DNA from: Nanobdellota archaeon
GTDB taxonomy: Archaea > Aenigmatarchaeota > Aenigmatarchaeia > QMZP01
Length of the DNA: 35,146 nt
NCBI GenBank assembly: GCA_018818465.1
Contig: JAHIRU010000074.1
Location: 1-35,146, forward strand
Direction: 5' to 3'
The translations under genes were made by a program, and so were the position numbers. This document shows positions 1 to 8,304 of the stretch, piece by piece (position 1 is the first letter of the stretch; each line of letters begins with the position of its first letter). The notes under the pieces were generated by a model. That model was not told the origin of the DNA. It searched no databases and saw nothing but the letters and a program-made list of their open reading frames with translations.

Positions 1-205
1 AACTGCAACTTTCACATGCTTCTCCAGTAGCAATAGTGATGCTTGTTGCCGAAGCATCTTCAGAGGCTACAGGAAACCAGCCTTCGCCGATTGTGCTTAT
101 TCCAATGCAGCCTAGAATTATAAGAATTGCAATAATAGCCAATACAGGCATTGTTAGAAACGGTTTTATTTTAAATGATATTGGTTTATTTTTCTTTTTG
201 CGCAT
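1..205 (-). CDS. N-terminal fragment of a secreted or membrane-anchored protein (runs off the left edge)
   Basis: My reverse-complement translation from ATG (203-205) gives MRKKKNKPISFKIKPFLTMPVLAIIAILIILGCIGISTIGEGWFPVASEDASATSITIATGEACESCS with no stop before position 1. It has a basic N-terminus, a hydrophobic helix, a lipobox-like ILGC, then a Ser/Thr/Ala-rich stretch. It is absent from the supplied track because it is truncated. Confidence 0.55.
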   Translation of the reverse strand, partial: MRKKKNKPISFKIKPFLTMPVLAIIAILIILGCIGISTIGEGWFPVASEDASATSITIATGEACESCS

Positions 206-311
206 CAAAATTACCTAAATATGTATTGTAATTATTCTTTATAAAACGAGTTCAGATGCAGATTAATGATATAAATGTTTATCTTTTACACTATAACTAA
301 AATATGATACT

Positions 312-1709
312 ATGAAAATATTATTCGTCTATCCAAATCTAATGCGAGAAGAATACATACCTCTAGGTTTAGCTTCGATAGCAGCATATGTCAAAGAACA
401 TGACCATGAAACATTCCTCATGGATTACACGTGGGGCGGAACAGCCAAAGACTGCATAAATATGGCGGAGAAAGTAAAACCAGACGTGGTCGGCTTCTCT
501 TTACGTAGTGGAGAATTTAATTTTTCATTATCAATTGCAAAAGAACTGAAAAGAAGACATCCAAATATTCTAATATTGTTTGGTGGAATACATCCAACAG
601 TTGATCCTGAAGGTACGATAAAACAGGATTGTGTTGATGCAATAATTCAAGGCGAAGGCGAACATGCTCTTGTAGAGCTTCTAAACAAATTGAAAGAAAA
701 GAAAGATTTCTCTAAAATCAAAAATCTTTGGACCAAAAAAGATGGAAAAATATTTAGGAATCCTGTAAGATCTCTTATAGAAGACTTGGATAAGCTTCCA
801 TTTCCAGACAGAGAGCTGTTTGGCTTTAAACGATATCTTGATGCAAGATCAGGAACAGCTGATATAATGGCTGGCAGAGGATGCCCTTTCCAATGCACCT
901 ATTGTATTAATCATATTTCTCAGAAGATGTACAAAGATAAAGGCACGTATACAAGAATGCGTTCTCCAGAAAATGTAATAAAAGAATTGCAGGAACTTCG
1001 CAAAAAATATAAAATAAATTTTGTTGCATTCGAGGATGATACTTTCACTTATTCAAAGGATTGGATGCGCAGATTCTCAAAGCTTTATGTTAAGGAAATA
1101 GCTTTGCCATGCAGCTGCAATGCGCGGCCAGAAACAATGGATGATGAGATGGCAAAGATGTTAAGTGAAATGGGCTGTACAACATTGAATATGGGAATAG
1201 AATCAGGCAATGAAAAAATCCGTCGCGAGGTCTTGAAAAGATTCAACACAAATGAACAGATAATTAAAGCTTTCCAGGCTGCAAACAATCATGGATTGAA
1301 AACATATTCTTACAATATGGTTGGCCTTCCATACGAAACAGAAAAAGAGATGTGGGAAACCGTGCATCTTAACAGGCGTGCAAAACCAACTGTTGTTGAT
1401 GCTTCTATTTTCCAGCCTTATCCAGGTACAGAGTTACAATCGTTATGTGAAAAGAATGGCTGGATAATGGATATGTCAACTCTTCCTTTTTCACATAAAT
1501 TCATATCAATAATGAAATATCCGAATGTTTCCAACAAAGAAATCAAATATTGGAAACGCATGTTCCGTTTCCGTGTCCTTCGGAAAACCAACATAAGAAA
1601 AGCGCTGGCATTACTTGTACTAGATTGGAATTATGAATCCTTCATCAAAAACAGAGACAAAATCCCAAGTTTCGCCAAGGCGATGTTATACAAATTATGG
1701 AGATTTTAG
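312..1709 (+). CDS. B12-binding-domain radical SAM protein (subfamily A, rSAM-A1)
   Basis: 465 aa. The N-terminal cobalamin-type Rossmann domain shows PLGLASIAAYV, VVGFSL, LFGGIHPT and QGEGEHA. The radical SAM core has CxxxCxxC = CPFQCTYC (Cys codons at 882-884, 894-896, 903-905) and a GIESGNE motif. Confidence 0.9.
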   Translation: MKILFVYPNLMREEYIPLGLASIAAYVKEHDHETFLMDYTWGGTAKDCINMAEKVKPDVVGFSLRSGEFNFSLSIAKELKRRHPNILILFGGIHPTVDPEGTIKQDCVDAIIQGEGEHALVELLNKLKEKKDFSKIKNLWTKKDGKIFRNPVRSLIEDLDKLPFPDRELFGFKRYLDARSGTADIMAGRGCPFQCTYCINHISQKMYKDKGTYTRMRSPENVIKELQELRKKYKINFVAFEDDTFTYSKDWMRRFSKLYVKEIALPCSCNARPETMDDEMAKMLSEMGCTTLNMGIESGNEKIRREVLKRFNTNEQIIKAFQAANNHGLKTYSYNMVGLPYETEKEMWETVHLNRRAKPTVVDASIFQPYPGTELQSLCEKNGWIMDMSTLPFSHKFISIMKYPNVSNKEIKYWKRMFRFRVLRKTNIRKALALLVLDWNYESFIKNRDKIPSFAKAMLYKLWRF

Positions 1710-1712
1710 AAT

Positions 1713-1728
1713 ATTCAAAATATTGAAT
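1713..1728 (+). terminator. short hairpin (ATTCAA-aata-TTGAAT) plus T-run after rSAM-A1
   Basis: A 6-bp inverted repeat begins 4 nt after the stop at 1707-1709 and is followed by caattttt. It can also be read as a tandem 9-mer, aatattcaa/aatattgaa. Confidence 0.25.
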
Positions 1729-1732
1729 CAAT

Positions 1733-1740
1733 TTTTATAG
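1733..1740 (+). promoter_or_regulatory. TATA-like box ~26 nt upstream of the 1762 ATG (leaderless-type)
   Basis: tttttata is followed by 21 nt with no SD and then ATG. AT-rich background, so chance occurrence is possible. Confidence 0.35.
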
Positions 1741-1761
1741 TTTGCATGTGTATGCTTCATT

Positions 1762-2049
1762 ATGTTATATCCTGAAGATCCACACCAATTCACTTTTAAT
1801 GACGGTAGAGAAGTTAAGATATATTTCAATCACGATGGTGATACTAACGATACTTTTTGGTTTTATGATGTTCATTTAAATGGTAGAAGAGTTAATAGAA
1901 TTGTTCCTATACCCTGTAATGATAAAACTGTTGATGAAATAGAAAGTATAATAAGAAAAAAATATGATACCAACACTATTCCAAATAACATACCCTCCTA
2001 TTTTAATAATTATATTTTTCGACTAAGGTGGTTGCCTGGATATTTTTAA
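1762..2049 (+). CDS. hypothetical small soluble protein (95 aa)
   Basis: Intact ORF with a TATA-like box about 26 nt upstream of its ATG. There is no TM segment and no motif I recognise. Its stop codon overlaps the TATA-like box of the next gene. Confidence 0.45.
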   Translation: MLYPEDPHQFTFNDGREVKIYFNHDGDTNDTFWFYDVHLNGRRVNRIVPIPCNDKTVDEIESIIRKKYDTNTIPNNIPSYFNNYIFRLRWLPGYF

Positions 2050-2050
2050 A
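2041..2050 (+). promoter_or_regulatory. TATA-like box ~25 nt upstream of the Wzx ATG
   Basis: tatttttaaa overlaps the stop of the 95-aa ORF. No SD lies before ATG 2071. Confidence 0.3.
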
Positions 2051-2070
2051 CCCATCACACAAATTTAACT

Positions 2071-3357
2071 ATGAACTTTGTGATGGTATTGTTTTTGTGG
2101 TTCTACCGCAAATTTTTTGGAGAACCAAACGAACGTGTAGAGAGGTTCATAAAGAACCTAGGTTACTTTGCTATAGGTTTTATTATAGCAAAAGTTTTTT
2201 CCTTAGGCTTTCAGATATATGCTGGACGGGTGTTAGGTCCTGCGCTCTATGGCGATTTATCGCTTATTATTGCATTATCTGGACTTTTTTTCATACCAAT
2301 GCTCTTTGGCATTGATACAGCAATGGTAAAGTATCTTTCAAGTGAACGCAGGGAGAAAAAGCGGATAATAAGCACAGGAATACCAATGATAGCGATTTTT
2401 ACTATTCTGTCGTTTGTTGTATTGTGGTTGCTTGGTGATTTCATAGCTCCTTTCTTTTCAGTTAGCAGTGAAATATTCTTTCTAGGAATTGCTTTGGCTC
2501 TAGGCTATACTATTTGGATAACTTTCAAGGACACTTCCCAAGGGCTTCTTCAAATAAAGAAAAATGCTCTAATGGAAATAATCTGGGCTTTCAGCTCATT
2601 TGCAATAATGTTTGTTGCGTTTTTGCTTTACGGAGCAGGAATGTTCTATGCGTTCCTAGCACTTTTCATTGCCTACATTATTTCATGCTTTGTGATGCTG
2701 CCTGAAATCATACGAAACATGAGAAAAAAATACATAGAAAGTCTCTGGGCAAAACGACTTTTAAGATATGGTGTTTTCAGCATACTTGTAATGGTTTCAG
2801 CTGCAGTATTGATAAACATGGACAAAATATTCATTAAAATATTTTTAGACTCTGAAGCTGTTGGTATATACAAAGCATATTCATTAATGACTACAATGGT
2901 AACTTTATCATTATTAACAATATTTGCAACAGTCTTCTTTCCAGAATCATCAATGAATGAAAACAAAAGAGGCATTTTGAAAAAACTCTGGAAAACCTTC
3001 AAGTTCCTGCCGATATACTATTTTGGCATGCTAGCTGTTCAGTACGTAGTTATCCTATTGTACGGTTATCCAATTAACTTTGTTTACCTGTTAATATTCC
3101 CTTTAGCTGCATGTGTAATGGTGCCATTCACAATGCACAACTGGTTCGCTGCATCAATTGGGCAGAGTGGAATAAAGTTATCTTCATATGCAATACTCTC
3201 TGCAGCGATAATTAACATATCATTGAATATCTATTTGATACCAATGTTTGGTATTACAGGAGCTGTAACATCCACGATAATAGCTTATTTTGTACCTAAT
3301 ATTGCGCTCATGCACAAACTCAACAATGTTTTAAAAACCTTACCTTCAATTGTCTAG
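2071..3357 (+). CDS. Wzx-like oligosaccharide/polysaccharide flippase (MOP superfamily)
   Basis: 428 aa and hydrophobic throughout, with roughly 12 helices. The N-terminal pattern FIKNLGYFAIGFIIAKVFSLGFQIYAGRVLGPALYGDLSL is typical of polysaccharide biosynthesis (Wzx) proteins. Confidence 0.75.
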   Translation: MNFVMVLFLWFYRKFFGEPNERVERFIKNLGYFAIGFIIAKVFSLGFQIYAGRVLGPALYGDLSLIIALSGLFFIPMLFGIDTAMVKYLSSERREKKRIISTGIPMIAIFTILSFVVLWLLGDFIAPFFSVSSEIFFLGIALALGYTIWITFKDTSQGLLQIKKNALMEIIWAFSSFAIMFVAFLLYGAGMFYAFLALFIAYIISCFVMLPEIIRNMRKKYIESLWAKRLLRYGVFSILVMVSAAVLINMDKIFIKIFLDSEAVGIYKAYSLMTTMVTLSLLTIFATVFFPESSMNENKRGILKKLWKTFKFLPIYYFGMLAVQYVVILLYGYPINFVYLLIFPLAACVMVPFTMHNWFAASIGQSGIKLSSYAILSAAIINISLNIYLIPMFGITGAVTSTIIAYFVPNIALMHKLNNVLKTLPSIV

Positions 3358-3358
3358 T

Positions 3359-4243
3359 ATGAAAATCCTAATCACAGGCGGATCTGGTTTTGTTGGTAAA
3401 CACCTAATTAACAAACTAAAAGAAGATTCTGAGAATGAAATTTATGCATTGGATATAGTTGATCCTCAAATAAAAGGTGTTGAATATGTTAATGCTAGCA
3501 TTCTTGATTATGAAGCCATCAAAAACGTGTTGAAAGATCTTAATATTGATATAATTTACCATTTAGCTGCGCAGATATCACTTCCATTCTCTGTTGAGAA
3601 TCCATTAAAGGATTTTGAGCTCAATGTTCAAGGCACTGTGAACGTACTTGAAGCATGCAGAGAATTTAAAATCAAGAAGATAGTGTTCATATCTACAGCA
3701 GCTGTGTATGGTATACCCACAGAAAACCCTGTTTCTGAGGATGCCCCTAAGAGGCCTAGCACACCCTATGGAATGAGCAAGCTTTCAGCAGAAAGCTATG
3801 TACAGCTGTACCACAAGCTCTATGGGCTAACATATACGATTTTAAGGTTCTTTAACCTCTACGGACCTAGGGGGAAAGGGGTAGTTCCAATTTTCGTGAG
3901 TAGAGCCATGAATAAAGATAGTTTAACATTAGTTGGTTCTGGTGATCAAATAAGGGATTTTTTATATGTGGATGATGCTGTGAATGCCTTACATATGGCT
4001 TTGAAAGGTTTAGATAATAATGATTTCAATGTAGGTTTCGGAAAAGAAACCACAATAAAGCAGGTAGCTGAAGAAGTGAACAAGCAAATAAGCGTGGAAA
4101 TAAGCTACAAAGAGCAGGAAACAAAAGAGGATTTATATCCTATAGCCAATATAGAAAAGATAAAATCAAAAGGGTTTGAACCTAAAATAAATTTGGAAGA
4201 AGGAATAAAGAGGATTATTGAATATGGACAAGCCAGCAATTGA
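3359..4243 (+). CDS. NAD-dependent sugar epimerase/dehydratase (extended SDR, GalE/WbpP-like)
   Basis: Shows MKILITGGSGFVG (GxxGxxG), STAAVYG and the catalytic YGMSK (YxxxK). The track starts at a TTG at 3350. ATG at 3359, 1 nt after the upstream stop, is the more likely start. Confidence 0.85.
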   Translation: MKILITGGSGFVGKHLINKLKEDSENEIYALDIVDPQIKGVEYVNASILDYEAIKNVLKDLNIDIIYHLAAQISLPFSVENPLKDFELNVQGTVNVLEACREFKIKKIVFISTAAVYGIPTENPVSEDAPKRPSTPYGMSKLSAESYVQLYHKLYGLTYTILRFFNLYGPRGKGVVPIFVSRAMNKDSLTLVGSGDQIRDFLYVDDAVNALHMALKGLDNNDFNVGFGKETTIKQVAEEVNKQISVEISYKEQETKEDLYPIANIEKIKSKGFEPKINLEEGIKRIIEYGQASN

Positions 4244-5411
4244 GGGCGGAGAACCGATAAGAAACGAATTTTTACCATTTGGTAAACCAACCATTGGAGA
4301 AGAAGAGATAAATGAAATGGTAGATACATTAAAATCTGGCTGGCTCTCGATGGGACCTAAGACAATCAAATTTGAAGAAGCTTTCAAAGAATACGTTGGT
4401 GCAGATTATGCAATCTCATGCAATTCCTGCACAATGGCGCTTTTCCTTTCTCTGTACAGTCTTGGCATAAAGCCAGGCGACGAAGTTATATTGCCAACAA
4501 CAACTTTTGCATCAGCTGCTAATGTTATTGTTCATTTAGGCGCAAAGCCTGTTTTTGCTGATGTGACTCGAGATACATACAACATTGATCCCGATAAGAT
4601 TGAAGAAAAAATCACAGACAAAACAAAGGCTATCATGCCAATGCACCACTCGGGACACTCTGCTGATATGGATAGAATTCTAGAAATTGCACAGAAGCAT
4701 AATCTTTCTGTTATTGAAGATGCTGCGCATGGAGTAGGTTCTGAATACAAAGGAAAAAAAATAGGTTCCATTTCAGACGCTACATGTTTTTCATTTTATG
4801 CAACAAAAACCATGACAACAGGCGAAGGCGGTATGATAACAACAAATAATGAAGAGCTTGCAAACAAACTAAGAACACTTCGCCTTCATGGAATAAGCTC
4901 TGATGCATGGAAGAGATATTCTGACAAGGGTTCATGGTATTATGAAGTAATGGATGCAGGATTCAAAGCAAACATGACTGACATGCAGGCAGCGCTTGGA
5001 TTGCATCAATTAAAAAAATTAGATGGTTTCATAGAAACTCGTCAAAAAAACGCAGAGCTTTACACAAAACTTCTTTCTGATGTTCCTGGAATAAAAACAC
5101 CAACTGTTAAAGATGATATAAAACACTCTTGGTACATCTACACAATTCTGATTGATGGCCTGAAAATAAACAGGGATGAAGTAATCAAAGCCCTTAGAGC
5201 AGAAAACATTGGTACAAGCGTACATTTCATACCACTGCATCTGCAGCCATTTTTCCAAAAAACATATGGTTATCAAAAAGGAGATTTTCCAAACGCGGAG
5301 TACGTTTATGATAGAATGATATCTCTGCCTTTCTTCTCGCATATGACAGAAAAAGATATAGAAGATGCATGCAGCGCAATCAAGAGGATAGTAAACTATT
5401 ATAAAGCCTAG
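4224..5411 (+). CDS. DegT/DnrJ/EryC1/StrS-family PLP-dependent sugar aminotransferase
   Basis: N-terminus PAIEGGEPIR...FLPFGKPTIGEEE, then EDAAHG, and FSFYATKTMTTGEGG containing the Schiff-base Lys. The track start at 4218 is TTG, so I prefer ATG at 4224. The 5' end overlaps the 3' end of the epimerase gene. Confidence 0.88.
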   Translation: MDKPAIEGGEPIRNEFLPFGKPTIGEEEINEMVDTLKSGWLSMGPKTIKFEEAFKEYVGADYAISCNSCTMALFLSLYSLGIKPGDEVILPTTTFASAANVIVHLGAKPVFADVTRDTYNIDPDKIEEKITDKTKAIMPMHHSGHSADMDRILEIAQKHNLSVIEDAAHGVGSEYKGKKIGSISDATCFSFYATKTMTTGEGGMITTNNEELANKLRTLRLHGISSDAWKRYSDKGSWYYEVMDAGFKANMTDMQAALGLHQLKKLDGFIETRQKNAELYTKLLSDVPGIKTPTVKDDIKHSWYIYTILIDGLKINRDEVIKALRAENIGTSVHFIPLHLQPFFQKTYGYQKGDFPNAEYVYDRMISLPFFSHMTEKDIEDACSAIKRIVNYYKA

Positions 5412-5427
5412 TTTTGGAAAACACAAT

Positions 5428-6324
5428 ATGAAGAAAAAATACCTAACATCTAAAATTGCATCCCTGTCTCCGATAAACTCTTTGCGTAGAGGAATCTATA
5501 AGAGGGCTGGTTATAAAATAGGAAAAAATGTGAGCATAGCCAGAAACGTAAAAATTCTAGCAAAGGAACTAGAAATTGGAGACAATGCTAGAATAGCGGA
5601 TGGTGTTTTCATCAGCAGCTTAAGAAAAGTAAAAATTGGTGAATTCACAGAAATTTCTCAGAATGTTATAATCGATGGTGATAACGAACTTGAAATTGGT
5701 GACAATTGTTTCATAGGTACAGGATATCATATCAATGTTCGTGACAAAGTTACACTAGAAGACAGCGTAGCTTTAGGTGGTTCGGGTGGACAAATCTGGA
5801 CTCACAGCACATGGCCTGAAGAGATAGATGGTCACCAGATAAACAAGATATCAAGTGTTCATATTGGAAAAAATTCTTGGATAGGAACAAAGGCTATTAT
5901 TCATCCAGGAGTTAAAATAGGACAGAATTCTATAATAGGTTCAAATTCTCTTGTAACGACAGACATACCAGAAAACACCCTCGCTTTTGGCAATCCAGCA
6001 ACGCCAATTAAAAAAGTAAGCGAAATGAAAAAAGATCTAAAGGACTGGGAAAAAGAAGACATACTTATGAATCTTGTTAAGAGATTTATTGATACCTATG
6101 GCGGACAGTATCAAAAAACAGAAATTGGAATAATGATAAAAGATAGAAATGAAACAGCAATCATAAGCATGAAAAAAATTGAACCAGAAGAGATAGCAAA
6201 ATTTGATAGCAAGACAGCTTATTTTGATATCGAGCGCAAGCGCTGCTCAAAGAAAAACATAAAATTAGAACGCAACTTCAGGCGATTTGCAAACTATTAT
6301 TCTGCACGGTTCAAGTCGGAATAG
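5428..6324 (+). CDS. hexapeptide-repeat (LbH) acyltransferase with a ~100-aa C-terminal extension
   Basis: Repeated [LIV]-G-x-x-x-x hexapeptides are present (IGKNVSI, IGDNARI, IGEFTEI, IGDNCFI, IGKNSWIG, IGQNSIIGSNS). The residues after about 195 have no recognisable motif. Confidence 0.8.
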   Translation: MKKKYLTSKIASLSPINSLRRGIYKRAGYKIGKNVSIARNVKILAKELEIGDNARIADGVFISSLRKVKIGEFTEISQNVIIDGDNELEIGDNCFIGTGYHINVRDKVTLEDSVALGGSGGQIWTHSTWPEEIDGHQINKISSVHIGKNSWIGTKAIIHPGVKIGQNSIIGSNSLVTTDIPENTLAFGNPATPIKKVSEMKKDLKDWEKEDILMNLVKRFIDTYGGQYQKTEIGIMIKDRNETAIISMKKIEPEEIAKFDSKTAYFDIERKRCSKKNIKLERNFRRFANYYSARFKSE

Positions 6325-6326
6325 TT

Positions 6327-7016
6327 TTATTTTAGAATTTCTTTAACCGTTGCATTCACGAAAATTTTCATTGTGTCGTATATTTCAATTTTCGAGTGCT
6401 CTGGTATTAAAAGTTGAAGATCAGTACAGGCTAAAATAACATGTTCCAATCCTTTCTTTTCGAAATTGTTTACTATCTTAAGAAGTTCTTTCCTATCTCT
6501 ATTTTCATGCCTGTTCATCACAATGTTTTTTATTAATTTTCCTATTTTAGCTTGCTCAAAACCATCCGGAACAATCTGTTTTATCTTTTCCTTTCCGAGT
6601 GCAGATTCGTACAATTTACCTTTCAACAAAGTCGATGTTGCTAATACCCCAACACTTGGTATATTTTTACTTTTCAAAAATTTTGTAGTTTCTTCAACAA
6701 TGCTTAATACTGGTATTTTAACTGCTTTTCTTATATCATCTATGAAAACATGTAAAGAATTGCATGGCATAACCAAAAAATCTGCACCACTCTTTTCAAG
6801 TTTTTTTGCAGCATCTATTAAATATGGTATATATCTTTCTTCTCCACTAGCTTTGGTCAATAAATCTTCTTCAATTTTATATTTCAATGGAACATTCCAT
6901 ATCAAAACAGGGGGCCTACTATCCTTATTTTGTTGATAACAACTAAAAATTGTTTCTAAATAAAACTCTGCTGTAGTTTCAGGACCCAGACCACCTATAA
7001 TACCAACGGTTTTCAT
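6327..7016 (-). CDS. aspartate racemase (Asp/Glu/hydantoin racemase family)
   Basis: 229 aa. Shows MKTVGIIGGLGPETTAEFY and both catalytic-Cys motifs, MPCNSLH and ILACTDL. Confidence 0.82.
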   Translation of the reverse strand: MKTVGIIGGLGPETTAEFYLETIFSCYQQNKDSRPPVLIWNVPLKYKIEEDLLTKASGEERYIPYLIDAAKKLEKSGADFLVMPCNSLHVFIDDIRKAVKIPVLSIVEETTKFLKSKNIPSVGVLATSTLLKGKLYESALGKEKIKQIVPDGFEQAKIGKLIKNIVMNRHENRDRKELLKIVNNFEKKGLEHVILACTDLQLLIPEHSKIEIYDTMKIFVNATVKEILK

Positions 7017-7037
7017 ATGAATAGCATAATTTAATTC

Positions 7038-7047
7038 TTTATAAATT
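7038..7047 (-). promoter_or_regulatory. TATA-like box ~26 nt upstream of the racemase ATG
   Basis: The minus strand reads aatttataaa. No SD lies between it and ATG at 7016. Confidence 0.3.
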
Positions 7048-7071
7048 TTATCAAAAATTGGTGCATTTCAT

Positions 7072-8244
7072 TCAGATTGAACAATAGAATTTCAAATATT
7101 TTTTTGCAACACTTTTCCAACTCATATTATCAACGATGAATTTTCTTGCGTTATTTTCGATCTTATTTCGAAGTTTTTCATCATTTAATAACAACGTTAT
7201 ATATTCAGCCATTTTCTTTTTATCGAGTACTTCTGTTATCATTCCATTCTCTTTATTTTTTACAACTTTGCTCATCGAACCGGTATTAGTTGTAACAACA
7301 GCTCTGCCTACCGACATTGCTTCTGGGACTATTTGTGAAACACCTCCTATGCTTACAAGAGGGAAAAAGCAAACATCTGCCATTCTATAAGCGTTTACAA
7401 CAAGATCTCTTGGTACAGGGCCGACCAATTGCACAGGAGCGCCTGTTTTTTCAATATGTTTTTTAACATCATTGAACATCGGCCCACCACCAAACATCAA
7501 ACCTATAACACCGTTATCTTTTATAGAATTTATCACATCTACAAAATCCTTCGGTCCATTTTCATAATACAAAAGGCCAACAAAAACAATTATCTTTTTG
7601 TTTTTAGGAACAATGATATTTTTTTGTTTTAGAATATCTTCAAACTCTTTATCTAATTTTTTATCCTTGAACATCTCTGTATCTATACCGTTTGTTATGG
7701 TTACAATCTTTTTTCCATCAATACCGTGACTCATAAGAACATCTTTCAAGTCATCACCGTCTGTAACAATCCTATCAGCAATTTTAAAAGAAATTCTTGA
7801 AGTGATTAAACTCAAAAAGCTCTTTATTCCTCCGCGACGAGCAGCCTCTTTGTAAATATTTCCACCAAGATGGACAACTAGTTTTTTTCTTAAAAATATT
7901 TTTAATATTGAACCGAACATGCCTGCAAATGTTGGTCCATCGCAATGAATTATATTAGAACTTCTTATTTCAGGATCGCTTAATAGACTGTAAATTATTT
8001 TTGGAAATCTTTTTGTCGAGTGGGTGTATTCAGAATATCTTTCCTCAAAAACTTGTTTTGCATAAATGGGTCTGGTTTTGTAAGGAAGCTTCGAGTAATC
8101 AAATTTTGAACTTGCGTTTGTTGGATGAACAACAACATCTATTCCTTCAGCTATCACATTCCTCGCTATTTCATGCGTCTGTGTCGGTGTTCCGCCTAGC
8201 TTAGGGAAGAACACGCTTGCTATTAGTGAAACTTTAGGAGTCAT
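7072..8244 (-). CDS. GT4-family (GT-B fold) glycosyltransferase
   Basis: 390 aa. The N-terminus FFPKLGGTPTQTHEIA and the C-terminal domain GGVSQIVPEAMSVGRAVVTTNTGS are typical of retaining GT4 enzymes. Confidence 0.8.
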   Translation of the reverse strand: MTPKVSLIASVFFPKLGGTPTQTHEIARNVIAEGIDVVVHPTNASSKFDYSKLPYKTRPIYAKQVFEERYSEYTHSTKRFPKIIYSLLSDPEIRSSNIIHCDGPTFAGMFGSILKIFLRKKLVVHLGGNIYKEAARRGGIKSFLSLITSRISFKIADRIVTDGDDLKDVLMSHGIDGKKIVTITNGIDTEMFKDKKLDKEFEDILKQKNIIVPKNKKIIVFVGLLYYENGPKDFVDVINSIKDNGVIGLMFGGGPMFNDVKKHIEKTGAPVQLVGPVPRDLVVNAYRMADVCFFPLVSIGGVSQIVPEAMSVGRAVVTTNTGSMSKVVKNKENGMITEVLDKKKMAEYITLLLNDEKLRNKIENNARKFIVDNMSWKSVAKKYLKFYCSI

Positions 8245-8287
8245 ACAGAATTCATAACAAGTATGTTTTTTAAGTTTTAATTAAGCT

Positions 8288-8300
8288 AAAAAATTAAAAA
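8288..8300 (-). terminator. oligo-T tracts (T5 and T6) immediately after the rSAM-B1 stop
   Basis: The minus strand reads caaatttttaattttttagc directly downstream of TAG (8305-8307). Oligo-T runs act as archaeal terminators. Confidence 0.3.
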
Positions 8301-8304
8301 TTTG

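Noticed and set aside
36-218. 60-aa plus-strand ORF from the supplied track
   Set aside because: It is antisense to a more convincing minus-strand ORF (1-205) that has a start codon, a basic N-terminus and a TM helix. The plus-strand product has no such features, so it is probably a shadow ORF.
312-2049. RiPP gene-cluster reading: multiple B12-rSAM methyltransferases (as in polytheonamide or bottromycin clusters) with the 95-aa ORF as precursor peptide
   Set aside because: The small ORF has no leader/core organisation, no repeated core and no Gly-Gly-type cleavage motif. There is no protease, RiPP recognition element protein or peptide exporter. Every rSAM gene is operonic with glycosyltransferases or lipid-flippase-like genes. 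It cannot be fully excluded without homology searches.
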